Below are positions 1 to 9,547 of a stretch of DNA of 64,000 bases, piece after piece. A program made the position numbers and the translations under genes. The stretch comes from Candidatus Iainarchaeum sp. (GTDB taxonomy: Archaea > Iainarchaeota > Iainarchaeia > Iainarchaeales > JAAZKV01), in contig JAPLVR010000003.1 of assembly GCA_026397015.1 (NCBI GenBank), positions 64,001 through 128,000 of the forward strand, in the 5' to 3' direction. The notes beneath the pieces are model-generated. The model saw only the letters and a program-made list of their open reading frames with translations, was not told the DNA's origin and searched no databases. Numbering within the stretch: the stretch's first letter is position 1; each line of letters begins with the position of its first letter.

Positions 1-1400
1 AAATCCTCGAAGGGCCGACAAGCAATGTATCTTCAATAGAGGATACGATAACTCTTGCAAGCGGGTACACAAGCATTGACTTCTGGTGCAATGGAACACA
101 ATACAGCGCAACGGTTTCTTCCTCAACAAATTCAATTTCTTTCGACAACACCGGACCGACAATTGCATGGTCGGATGCGAATGACACCAATGCAGAGTGG
201 AGCGGCACGAAAATCGCAGTTGTTACTGCAACGGACGACAAAGGAATGGACACCGTTGAATTCGAACTGAACGGCATAAAATACGGCGCGACAAAAGAAA
301 CAGGCACCACAAAATATTCTTACAGCTTCAACACAAAGGATTACAACAACACTTCATACACCCTAAAGGCAATCGGCAAAGACATGGCGGGAAACACAAC
401 CACAATAACAAAATCAATAACGATTCACAACATACTTAATGCAACGCAAATGGCAGAAGAGGCAATTGCGCAGGCAAAGGCAAAAAAAATTATTGTGGAG
501 GATTTGATGAAGTTTTTTGCAACAGAAGGGCTGGTTTTCCCGGTGAATCTGGTGACAGAAAAGAGTGCGGCAGACCTGCTGTTGAAGGATGCGGAAGCGA
601 TAAAAAACAGCGACAGCAACAAGGCGACCGAAAAAGCGAATTCCGCAAAAGTTAAGTATTCAGAAATAAATAGCGCCGCTGCAATATCCTCAGACGAAAC
701 AAAAACAAAATTTTATGAATATGACTCAAACAATCTGGTTGAAATACTTTTGAAAGCAGGTTTGAATCAGGACCAGGCCGACGAAGCCAACAAGCTGATA
801 ACCGGGACAAAAGCAACCAGAAAATTAGTAATAGTAAAAGTTGGAAATGATGCAAACGCGGGATATCAGGCAAAAATAGAAATAACTTTTACGAGCGATA
901 CAAACGACAGCACGCTGAAAATTGTTGAAATTATTCCGAAAGAGTTTGCGCAAAAAGCCACGCAGATTTTCTCCGACTATAATTTTGTAATAATCAACAA
1001 TGACCCGATAATAGAATTCACCGTTCCGGTAACAAAAGGCAAGAGCGTAAAAATTTCCTACGGAATAGGAAACATAACAAAAGAACAGGCGGAAGGAATG
1101 ATTTCAAATAATCTTGTCGCAAAATTTTCCAGCCCGCCGATAATAATTTCGGCAAGAACAAATGTTGCCGGCACACTGGGCGGTTTTCCTGACATAGTCG
1201 GAATACTTATGTGGGTCGGGATAATACTCATCGTTTTGATTGTTGCCGGCGGGATAATTTACTTCTTAATGCAAAAAAAATCGCCGCCTCTGGGAAAGGA
1301 CAGTTCGATAGCGGGCACGGTAAAAGACGCTGTTGTCGATAAAATAATCGCCCCTGAAAACAAAAAAAGCGAAGAAAACCAAATATGGGAGCACAAGTAA
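1..1400 (+). CDS. Ig-like domain cell-surface protein with C-terminal TM helix (5'-partial)
   Basis: The frame is open from position 3 (ILEGPTSNVSS...DNTGPTIAW...TATDDKGMDTVEF), so the gene starts before the window. It has an Ig-like signature (LKAIGKDMAGN) and a C-terminal hydrophobic helix followed by QKK. Confidence 0.75.
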   Translation, partial: ILEGPTSNVSSIEDTITLASGYTSIDFWCNGTQYSATVSSSTNSISFDNTGPTIAWSDANDTNAEWSGTKIAVVTATDDKGMDTVEFELNGIKYGATKETGTTKYSYSFNTKDYNNTSYTLKAIGKDMAGNTTTITKSITIHNILNATQMAEEAIAQAKAKKIIVEDLMKFFATEGLVFPVNLVTEKSAADLLLKDAEAIKNSDSNKATEKANSAKVKYSEINSAAAISSDETKTKFYEYDSNNLVEILLKAGLNQDQADEANKLITGTKATRKLVIVKVGNDANAGYQAKIEITFTSDTNDSTLKIVEIIPKEFAQKATQIFSDYNFVIINNDPIIEFTVPVTKGKSVKISYGIGNITKEQAEGMISNNLVAKFSSPPIIISARTNVAGTLGGFPDIVGILMWVGIILIVLIVAGGIIYFLMQKKSPPLGKDSSIAGTVKDAVVDKIIAPENKKSEENQIWEHK

Positions 1401-1487
1401 ATTCAAAACCCAACTATTTAAGCACCACAAACCATTTCCCGACAAAAGCAAAAATATTAATTAGAGTCGCATCTTATATTACTCGAA

Positions 1488-2636
1488 ATGGACACTATTG
1501 CAATAATAGGCGGCGGGCCGGCAGGGCTCCAGGCGGCGGTGCGGCTGCGGGAACTCGGCTTCGAAGCGACTGTTTTTGAAGAACATGAAGCGATAGGCCT
1601 GCCCGAGAATTGCGGCGGCCTGATTTCAAGGAGCGGAGTGAAAGCGCTTGGGCTTGATTTGGGAGAATGCCTCCAGAATGAAATAAGGGGTGCAAAAATA
1701 TTTTCTCCGAACGGAACGATGCTGAAAATTTTATGCCCGAAGCCGGTCGCATACGTCATTGAAAGAAAAGAATTCGACCAGATGCTTGCGCGCAAGGCAA
1801 AAGAAAAAGGGGTAAAAATCGCCCCGCACTCAAGGTTGATTGATATTCACGGGCAAAGCCTTTTTTTCAAGTCGAAGGAAAGGGGCGAGCTAAAAAAGGC
1901 GGAGTATGTTATCGGAGCAGACGGAGTAAATTCAGCCGTGCGGCAGCTCATGGGAACAAGCATTTCGGGCCAAAATTTTATTCACACCGCACAGGCCACC
2001 TGCACCGGCAATTTTGAAAAAGAAACGGTGGAAGTTTACCTCGGAAATTTTGCAGAGGGCTTTTTCGGATGGATGGTCCCAGTCTCAAATGAAAAAGCGC
2101 GAATCGGCCTGGGATGCAGGCTTGGGAAAAATCCGGCGGAAAATCTGCAAAAATTTATTTCGCAGAAATACCCCGACGCGAAATCTTATGGCACAAAATC
2201 TTCGCTAATTCCATGCGGCGCACCTCTTACCGGCACACAGCTGCAAAAAGGAAACATGATGCTTCTCGGTGACGCCGCCTTCCAAACAAAAGCCACCACC
2301 GGCGGGGGAATAATTTTCGGGATGAAGGCGGGAAATATTTTGGCGGAAACGATTGCGGAACACTTAAAACACAAAAAACCTTTGAGTCAGTACGAAAAAA
2401 ATTTAGCGCCGCTGAACAAGGAATTGAGAATGCACTGGAAAATAAGAAAATATTTTGACGGAATGAAAAATGGGGAAATTGACGCGCTGATTGCAAAACT
2501 GAAGGCGAAGGGGATTGAAGAATTTTTGGAGAAGGAAGGCGATATGGACAATCCCTCAAAATTCGTCGGAAAACTTGCAGGCAGGCCGAAGTTCTGGTTC
2601 ATGGCAAGGACGCTGCTGGACATCGCGAGAAGCTAA
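1488..2636 (+). CDS. Geranylgeranyl reductase family FAD-dependent oxidoreductase
   Basis: Motifs IIGGGPAG, CGG, IGADGVNS, GFFGWMVP (YxWxFP-like) and LLGDAA..TGGGI. Confidence 0.88.
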   Translation: MDTIAIIGGGPAGLQAAVRLRELGFEATVFEEHEAIGLPENCGGLISRSGVKALGLDLGECLQNEIRGAKIFSPNGTMLKILCPKPVAYVIERKEFDQMLARKAKEKGVKIAPHSRLIDIHGQSLFFKSKERGELKKAEYVIGADGVNSAVRQLMGTSISGQNFIHTAQATCTGNFEKETVEVYLGNFAEGFFGWMVPVSNEKARIGLGCRLGKNPAENLQKFISQKYPDAKSYGTKSSLIPCGAPLTGTQLQKGNMMLLGDAAFQTKATTGGGIIFGMKAGNILAETIAEHLKHKKPLSQYEKNLAPLNKELRMHWKIRKYFDGMKNGEIDALIAKLKAKGIEEFLEKEGDMDNPSKFVGKLAGRPKFWFMARTLLDIARS

Positions 2637-2697
2637 AAAGACCATTTCACGATTATAAATCCGCTTAAAAATATTGCGCTTTCTAACTTTTTCTAAT

Positions 2698-2855
2698 AGC
2701 CCCATCGTCTAGTGGCCAAAGAAATTCAGGCGCAAAGCGTTGACTGATTTCTGCCAAAAGGATGCAAGCCTCTGGCTTTCATCGCAAAAGACGAAAGTTT
2801 GAAGCGAGTTGAAAGAAGCTAGCTTGAGACCCCAGTTCAAATCTGGGTGGGGCTA
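2698..2855 (+). tRNA. tRNA-Gln(CUG) with two introns (2719-2758 in the D-loop; 2776-2820 at canonical 37/38)
   Basis: Acceptor stem AGCCCCA/TGGGGCT, D-arm GTCT/GGAT, anticodon stem CAAGC/GCTTG with CTG, T-arm CCCAG-TTCAAAT-CTGGG. Both inserts fold into BHB-like motifs. CCA is not encoded. Confidence 0.92.
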
Positions 2856-2870
2856 TTATTTTTTTATTTC
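2856..2870 (+). terminator. T-rich archaeal terminator candidate after the tRNA
   Basis: An oligo-T tract immediately follows the discriminator base. Confidence 0.5.
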
Positions 2871-2943
2871 AAATTTCTTAGGAGTTACAATTATCACATC
2901 TTTCACAATATCCAAAAAGAATAACCAAAAAAAAGATTCTTAT

Positions 2944-3663
2944 TTACTTCCCAAATCTTCTTCCACGTGAATTGTACCCCTCAATTATTTTATCGATGTC
3001 CTGTTCCGTGAGCGCGGGCCAATACTTGTCAATGAAAGCCAATTCAGAATAAGAGCTTTGGAATGTGAGGAAACCCGAAAGGCGCTGTTCATTCGAGGTG
3101 CGCACAATCAAATCCGGCTCCTTGAAATCCGCATACAAATATTTTTTGAAAGAATCAATTGAAAGCGCTTCCGGATTTGTTTTCCCAAGCTTTGCATCGA
3201 GGGCGAACTTCTTCGTAGCGTCAACTATTTCTGTTTGGCCGTCATAGCCGAGGGCGAGATTGATTGTTTTCTCATTGAATTGGGAAGTGTATTTTTCAGC
3301 TTCGAGCATTTTTTTCTGTATAATCTTTGGAAATTTTTCCCTCTGGCCGATAAAATTCAGCTTTATCCCATTCTCCCGAATTATTTTCCTTTCTTTTACT
3401 TTATCCAATTCTTTCTCAAAAATTTTCATTAAAACGCTCAGTTCAACCCTGCTTCGCTCAAAATTTTTCAAAGAAAAAGTGTAGAAGGTTCCTGTTTTTA
3501 TTCGCGGGTACTTTGTGAGCCAACCCAAAACATCCCACGCCTTTTGGGTGCCGAGATAATAGCTCTCAGCCAATGTTACTCCCGCCTGCTGGGCGTAACG
3601 CCTATTGCCATCGGGAATAAAGGCTATTGATTCAAGCAACAATCTCACCAAACAAAATAACAA
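2944..3663 (-). CDS. uppS: cis-polyprenyl (undecaprenyl-type) diphosphate synthase
   Basis: Motifs IPDGNRRYA, YTFSLKNFER, LALGYDGQTEI and DLIVRTSNEQRLSGFL. The true start is probably a TTG near 3640, after a GGTGA RBS. Confidence 0.93.
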   Translation of the reverse strand: MLFCLVRLLLESIAFIPDGNRRYAQQAGVTLAESYYLGTQKAWDVLGWLTKYPRIKTGTFYTFSLKNFERSRVELSVLMKIFEKELDKVKERKIIRENGIKLNFIGQREKFPKIIQKKMLEAEKYTSQFNEKTINLALGYDGQTEIVDATKKFALDAKLGKTNPEALSIDSFKKYLYADFKEPDLIVRTSNEQRLSGFLTFQSSYSELAFIDKYWPALTEQDIDKIIEGYNSRGRRFGK

Positions 3664-3847
3664 ATTGTTAAGTATTAAAAGGTTCTGTTACTCTTAAAAA
3701 TTTGAGCCAATAAAACCGTTCGAAGATTGTACCAATCCACGACTTAAATACTGGGGACACGCTGCATTATATGAAACTTTTACCGCATGTGAAACTTTTA
3801 CCACAACAGAAAACCATATAAAACCCAAAAGCGGACTATTTATTGAT

Positions 3848-5629
3848 ATGAAAAAGCTGTTAATCGCATTGTTTCTAACAGTAACAATGCTTTTTTTTCT
3901 CGGGTGCACCCAACCACCTGTTTGCGGCAACGGGTTTTGTGAAACAGGAGAAACACCTGAAAACTGTCCTGCGCAAAATGGGGGAGATTGTCCGCCAATT
4001 AGCTTGTGCGGAAACGGAACGTGTGATGCCGGAGAAACTTACCAAACCTGCCCAGAAGACTGCGGACAGCCGCCTGAATGCAGAACAAATGATGACTGCC
4101 CGACAATATGTGATGGCAATATCACACTACTAACCAATTGTGTCAATGGCATGTGTGAGGAACCCCAGATACACATTGGATGCAAAATTGGAAGCTGCGA
4201 CGCACAATGCGGAACCGACGCGGACTGCAACGAAGGGCAAAAATGCGACACACACAAATGCACGTGCGGACTTGACACCAACGGCGTAAAAGCGGTTGTA
4301 CTCGTGGACAAGAGGCTTTATTCGCTTTTGAAAAGCGAAATCGACAGGTATGTGGAACTTGCAAAAAGCAGGAGGCAATTCGGCATACTTTTGGACAATA
4401 ATAAGAACTTAGACGATTATGCTTTCGAGGAAGTCCGAGGGCTCATTAAGAAATACAAAAAAGAAAACCCTTACATGGAGGGGGCGCTATTCATTGGAAA
4501 TATTAAATTGCCCTCATTTTACAGTTCCAGAGGGGACAACGAACAAATAAGACTCTGGCCGGCATATTACGAAAGTTTGAATTTGCAATTAGATAAATTT
4601 TATCAAGATAATGCCACCGTGCCCCCCTGTGCACCGGACATCTTGGAATTTTCCCAAGAATGGTGCGAAACCACCCAGCCAAAACCAGTTCCAAAACACG
4701 ACTTTGATTATATAAAAAATTATCCTGCAGCGCCAGATATTTGGACAGCTTACATTCCAGTTGGCGAAATTGGGGCCAATTCTTACCAAGACTTTGCAAA
4801 CCAGTTGAAACCATACTTTTCAAAAGTTTTAAAATTTTACAACAGGCAATATGCCCCAAATGAAAAAATGTACGAATTATCAAGCGACCTGTTCGGTGGA
4901 GACCTGAACTGGTGGCAAATGTATAGCCCGATAACAAAAATGGACTTTTATGCGATGAATCCGGACAAAAAAGACCAAAATTTGCCGTACATTGGCTGCT
5001 GCAGAAGGCTGCCGGAAGAAGGCTGTGACAAATGCAGGCGGCCAATTTCAGAGTGCCTTGTAAGGGCACCCCTCGAAAACTACTCAAATTTTGAGGCATT
5101 CAAAAAAGATTACGACAGCAGAGCTGGCATGGACACAGATTGCTGGATGGGCGACGGGTCAATTTACATAGAACATATGCAACAAAACAGCTACGAATTC
5201 GTTCTCGTGAATCAGCACAGCTATGGAGGATACTCAGTAATTTCTAGCGAACAGGCAAAAAACCTTACCAATGGCGGAATGATAATGATCGGTGAGGGCT
5301 GCTCGGTTGCAGAATTCAGGCAGCCGAACTCGTCTTCGTATGTTGATTCGGGCTTTACTGCAGCTGACAACATTTTATTGAGCTATATATATGGCTCATC
5401 AAATTTTCTTGCAGCAATGGGTTCCCCGTTTAACAGGGGCCATTCGTCACAGCCAGAAATATTAATTGACGCAATGAAAAACAACGGAGATTATTTGGGA
5501 AAAGCACATTTCAAAAGAATGCAACGCTTATACGTTCTTGCAACTAATGCATACGAGCAAAAAGAACAAATGAACGAAATGCTGCTTGGGGACCCTTTCC
5601 TTGACACTGAATCATCCTTATCAAACTGA
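3848..5629 (+). CDS. Secreted lipoprotein with Cys-rich repeats and a gingipain-like (peptidase C25, clan CD) domain
   Basis: Lipobox-like FLGC, two CGNGxCxxGETxxxCPxxC repeats, GALFIGNI, QHS...GC candidate His/Cys dyad, and terminal LLGDP. Confidence 0.65.
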   Translation: MKKLLIALFLTVTMLFFLGCTQPPVCGNGFCETGETPENCPAQNGGDCPPISLCGNGTCDAGETYQTCPEDCGQPPECRTNDDCPTICDGNITLLTNCVNGMCEEPQIHIGCKIGSCDAQCGTDADCNEGQKCDTHKCTCGLDTNGVKAVVLVDKRLYSLLKSEIDRYVELAKSRRQFGILLDNNKNLDDYAFEEVRGLIKKYKKENPYMEGALFIGNIKLPSFYSSRGDNEQIRLWPAYYESLNLQLDKFYQDNATVPPCAPDILEFSQEWCETTQPKPVPKHDFDYIKNYPAAPDIWTAYIPVGEIGANSYQDFANQLKPYFSKVLKFYNRQYAPNEKMYELSSDLFGGDLNWWQMYSPITKMDFYAMNPDKKDQNLPYIGCCRRLPEEGCDKCRRPISECLVRAPLENYSNFEAFKKDYDSRAGMDTDCWMGDGSIYIEHMQQNSYEFVLVNQHSYGGYSVISSEQAKNLTNGGMIMIGEGCSVAEFRQPNSSSYVDSGFTAADNILLSYIYGSSNFLAAMGSPFNRGHSSQPEILIDAMKNNGDYLGKAHFKRMQRLYVLATNAYEQKEQMNEMLLGDPFLDTESSLSN

Positions 5630-5747
5630 ACCTATTTAAAATAGAAAAAAATTTTCACAAAACTATCCTATTTAAAAAAACTTTTTAAGAAGTATTTTAA
5701 GAAAGTCATTAATTTTATTTGAACTTTATTTTTAGGGGGGAAATGCC

Positions 5748-6290
5748 ATGAAAAAAGTCGATAAATATCCTGAAACGAAAAAAAATTTGTGGGCGGCTTT
5801 TGCCGGCGAAAGCCAGGCGAGGAACAAATATGATTATTTCGCAAAGGAATTCAGGAAGGCGGGCTACGAACAAATTGCTGCTATTTTCGAGGAAACCGCG
5901 CTGAACGAAAAGGAACATGCGAAAATGATTTGGAAACTCCTCGGAGAGAATGAAAGAGGACTTGAAGCATTTTTAGATGCGGCAATCGCGGGCGAGCACT
6001 ATGAAACAAGTCAGATGTATCCTTCATTTGAAAAGGTTGCGAAAAAGGAAGGGTGCGAGGATACGGCAACATTCTTCAAAGAAGTCGCGGAAGTCGAAGC
6101 GCAGCACGAAAAGAGGTATAAGGCATTAGCGGAACATTTGAAGGGAAAGAAAACTTTCAGGGAAGAGAAAGAAATAAAATGGAAGTGCAGAAACTGCGGT
6201 TACATTCACACTGGAAAAGAAGCACCTGAAAACTGTCCGTGCTGCAAACATCCGAAGGCTTACTTTGAAAGGCTCTGCACAAATTACTAA
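5748..6290 (+). CDS. rbr: Rubrerythrin
   Basis: AFAGESQARNKY, EKEHA and EAQHE diiron motifs, plus a C-terminal rubredoxin domain CRNCG..CPCC. Confidence 0.95.
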   Translation: MKKVDKYPETKKNLWAAFAGESQARNKYDYFAKEFRKAGYEQIAAIFEETALNEKEHAKMIWKLLGENERGLEAFLDAAIAGEHYETSQMYPSFEKVAKKEGCEDTATFFKEVAEVEAQHEKRYKALAEHLKGKKTFREEKEIKWKCRNCGYIHTGKEAPENCPCCKHPKAYFERLCTNY

Positions 6291-6338
6291 CTAATAAAAA
6301 ATACCAAAAATAATTTCCAACTACAAAAAGGGAATAAG

Positions 6339-6977
6339 ATGGGAAAGCCTAAGCTCTGCATTCCGACTAATATTGAAATTAGGCGAAATATTTCAAGCGC
6401 ACTGCGCAGTTTCAAAAAAACATGGAACTCGGATGAGAAGATTTTTGAGGAACTGTGCTTCTGCCTTTTGACGCCGCAGAGCTCGGCGAAGCAGGCGCTC
6501 AAAACAATCGAGCTGCTCAAGGAGCACAAACTTCTTTTTAGGGGAAGCGCAAAGCAGAAGGAAAAATTCCTTAAGAATGTGAGATTTTACAAAACAAAGG
6601 CGGTGCGGTTGGAGGAGGCGCAGAAAAAATTCCCGAAAAACAAAATCAAAAAAATCTTAATGCAAAATGGGCTCCCTTCGAACCCCCTGAAGTGCAGGGA
6701 ATTTCTGGTGCGGGAAGTGAATGGCTACGGTATGAAGGAAGCGTCGCATTTTTTGCGGAATATCGGCTTCGGCGAGGAGGTGGCAATACTTGACAGGCAC
6801 ATTTTAAAAAATTTAAAAAGCTGTGGCATCATTGGGGAATTGCCGAAAACGCTTGCACCGAAAAAATACCTTGAAACCGAGCTGAAGATGAAAAGGTTTT
6901 GCAAAAGGCACGCAATTGATTTTGGCGAACTGGATTTGGTTTTTTGGAGCAATGAAACTGGAAAAGTATTAAAGTAA
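6339..6977 (+). CDS. ogg: N-glycosylase/DNA lyase (8-oxoguanine DNA glycosylase)
   Basis: Motifs ELCFCLLTPQS, VRFYKTKA, GYGMKEASHFLRNIG and AILDRHIL. Confidence 0.92.
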   Translation: MGKPKLCIPTNIEIRRNISSALRSFKKTWNSDEKIFEELCFCLLTPQSSAKQALKTIELLKEHKLLFRGSAKQKEKFLKNVRFYKTKAVRLEEAQKKFPKNKIKKILMQNGLPSNPLKCREFLVREVNGYGMKEASHFLRNIGFGEEVAILDRHILKNLKSCGIIGELPKTLAPKKYLETELKMKRFCKRHAIDFGELDLVFWSNETGKVLK

Positions 6978-6980
6978 GAA

Positions 6981-7469
6981 TCACTTAATTTCTTGGAATT
7001 CGCCCAATTTCTTATTTTTTTTAACATTGTTCCATGGAAAAATTTTTCCGTTCATTATCACGTAGATTCCTTTTCTGAGTGACTGAACCGCTATCACTCC
7101 CCCCCCCAAATTAAACAAGGCGTCCGAATTATCTTGATTATACGGGGCCATCGCGCCCAAAAGAACCACTGTTTTTCCCTTCAAATTTTTCCCCAAAATT
7201 TTTGCGGTTTCACACATTGTATCGGTCCCGTGCGTTATTATGATCTTTTTATTTGCGCAGGACTTGCACCTTTTCAAAATTTTCTCCCTGTCTTTGCCAG
7301 TCATGTACAAAGAATCTTTCATCATCAAAACTTCCCTGTCAATCTTAACTTTGCACCTTCCTTGCTTCAGCATGGCGGGCAGGTGCGATTTTGAAAAAAC
7401 ATATTTGTTGCCTTTTTTTATTTGCTCGCAGTCAATAGTCCCGCCCGTGGCGAACAATTTAATTTTCAT
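6981..7469 (-). CDS. Asparaginase-domain protein (short, N-terminal domain only)
   Basis: Motifs TGGTID, ITHGTDTM and DALFNLG. Confidence 0.88.
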   Translation of the reverse strand: MKIKLFATGGTIDCEQIKKGNKYVFSKSHLPAMLKQGRCKVKIDREVLMMKDSLYMTGKDREKILKRCKSCANKKIIITHGTDTMCETAKILGKNLKGKTVVLLGAMAPYNQDNSDALFNLGGGVIAVQSLRKGIYVIMNGKIFPWNNVKKNKKLGEFQEIK

Positions 7470-7541
7470 AGGAATGAAAGGCTGCAAAACGCTTTAATAT
7501 CCTATATGCTAATTTTGGGGCAACGAAACGGGGGGTTTGTT

Positions 7542-8500
7542 TTATTTCCTTTGCCCGTAATACTCATTAAACCAGCAAATAAATTTTTCTATCCCTTCCT
7601 CAATCGAGGTTTTTGGCGCGTAGCCGAGAAGCCTTTGCGCTTTTGAAATGTCGGCAAAGGTTTTTGGAACGTCCCGGGCTGCATCGGAAGCATTTTCTTC
7701 TCCGCTTTCCTTCCAATATTTTTTTCGATGATTGAAATGAAATCCGTCAGCCTTCTTGATTCTCCGCGGCCGAGGTTGAACACTTCGCACCTGAAGGGCT
7801 TGTCAACCGAAGCGACGACGCCTGAAATAATGTTATCAATGTAAGTGAAGTCGCGTTCCATGTTTCCGTTGTTATAAACCTCAATCGGCTTCCCATTCTT
7901 TGCGCTGCTGGCGAATTTGAAAAGCGCCATGTCCGGCCTTCCCCACGGGCCGTAAACGGTGAAAAAGCGCAAACCGGTGCAGTTGAGCCCGAAAAGGCGG
8001 GAATAAGCGTGTGCCATCAATTCGTTTGATTTTTTTGACGCGGCATAAAGGGAAATCGGCGTATCTGTAAAATCGCTTTCCGAGAATGGGATTTTTTTGT
8101 TGGCGCCGTAGACGCTTGATGATGACGCATAAACCAAATTCTTGGCGCCGAAGTTGCGGCAGCATTCCAAAATTGTGAGAAACCCTTTTATGTTTGCATC
8201 TTCATAAACCATTGGCTTTTCAATCGAATAGCGGACTCCCGCCTGCGCCGCAAGATTTACGGCGCAATCAAATTTTTGCTTCTTGAAAATTTTTTCCATT
8301 TTTTTCTGATTCGAAATGTCGCAGACTATTTCCGAAAAATTTCTGGATTTTTTGAGGATTTTTGCCCTGTCTTTTTTTATTTTCACATCATAATAGGGCG
8401 AATAGTTGTCGATGCCGGTTATTTCATCGCCGCGTTCAAGAAGGGCTTTGCATAAATGAAACCCGATAAAACCGGCTGAACCGGTTACAAGAATCTTCAT
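7542..8500 (-). pseudogene. NAD-dependent epimerase (UDP-glucuronate 4-epimerase-like), frameshifted near the C-terminus
   Basis: Motifs VTGSAGFIG, LAAQAGVRYS, YAASKK and RFFTVYGPWGRPDMA. The conserved PMQPG|[12 protein letters not shown] continues in another frame (one G missing at ~7673-7675). It may be a sequencing error. Confidence 0.75.
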
Positions 8501-8624
8501 TTTCACTCACCAAAAAATTTTTCGAACAAACCGCGAAAAGTTTATTTAAAAAAATGGTTGCGAAATGCTTTAATATTCCAATATGTTAATAGTATTGCTG
8601 CGATGTCAGCCGGAAGACGGTATT

Positions 8625-8825
8625 ATGAGCGCGAACGAAACCCCTGAAGAAGTTAGAGATGAGATGAACAGAATACTTGTGAACCTGCAGGACAAAATCG
8701 ACGAGATTAACAGGCTAACTAGGGAATTGAAGAAAAAAAGGAAAGAATTTGACGGCATTTCGCCCTCAAGAACCGAGAAAATCCTTGAAGAGATAAAGGT
8801 GCCCGCCCTCGAACTGTTGAAATAA
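8625..8825 (+). CDS. Small coiled-coil hypothetical protein
   Basis: Heptad-rich ORF; ATG at 8625 lies downstream of a TTTAAT promoter-like box. Confidence 0.6.
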   Translation: MSANETPEEVRDEMNRILVNLQDKIDEINRLTRELKKKRKEFDGISPSRTEKILEEIKVPALELLK

Positions 8826-8867
8826 CGCTGCCAAACCTTAATTTTACTTTTTTATGAGGGTGTTTTT

Positions 8868-9209
8868 TTGTTAAAGAGCAATGGGAAACAAATAATGAAA
8901 AATGTAAGGACGGCGAAAACCTCCTTCGAGAGGACGAAGGGATTGATGTTTGAGGAAACCAGGAAATTCAATTATGCCCTCGTACTGGAGATGCCGAAGG
9001 AAGCAAGAATTGAAAGCTCAATTCATATGATATTCGTTTTTTTCCCAATAGATGTGCTCTTTTTGAACAAGGAAAAAGAAGTGGTGGATAAAGCGACTGT
9101 CCAGCCATTCTCGCCGAACTACACCCCTAAAAAACCCTCAAAATATGTTGTGGAACTGCCGGCTGGAAGGGCCAAGGGAATAAGGTTTGGGAGCAAAATC
9201 AGCTGGTAA
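8868..9209 (+). CDS. DUF192 family protein
   Basis: Motifs RTKGLMF, IHMIFVFFPIDVLFL and YVVELPAG. Confidence 0.88.
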   Translation: MLKSNGKQIMKNVRTAKTSFERTKGLMFEETRKFNYALVLEMPKEARIESSIHMIFVFFPIDVLFLNKEKEVVDKATVQPFSPNYTPKKPSKYVVELPAGRAKGIRFGSKISW

Positions 9210-9547
9210 ATTCGGCACATGACAGCGACAAATAACCCAATAAAACCGCAAGCAAAGCAGGGAAATTCTGAGGGCTACAGAGTTTTAAAAAAAAAGAGGA
9301 AATAGAAAGCGAGAAATCAGGTTGCTTTCCATTCCTCCTTTGCCTCTTTGCCTTCTACCTAGAGAAATCGGGGTGATAACCCGAAACTAGTTAGTCAAAA
9401 CACCTATAAAAATTTGTCAGGTTTGAAAACCAAACCACCCACCTTGTTTTTGGCTTAACCGCCAATTATTCCACAAAAAACGCCCCCATTACCACAATCG
9501 ACGAAGTTTTAGGAGTTTTTTTAAAAGGAGGAAAAAAAAGCTATTTT

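Noticed and set aside
55-270. 71-aa ORF and the ATG start at 246
   Set aside because: The real gene frame is open from the window start, so the short ORF is a shadow.
5748-6977. Rubrerythrin plus ogg as a novel oxidative-stress module
   Set aside because: Both are common housekeeping genes, and adjacency alone is unremarkable.
7099-7107. C9/G9 homopolymer in the asparaginase gene as a phase-variation site
   Set aside because: The frame is intact (NLGGGV) and there is no evidence of variation.
7660-7690. Programmed -1 ribosomal frameshift in the epimerase
   Set aside because: CCC GGG A is not phased as an X XXY YYZ slippery site; a deletion or sequencing error is more likely.
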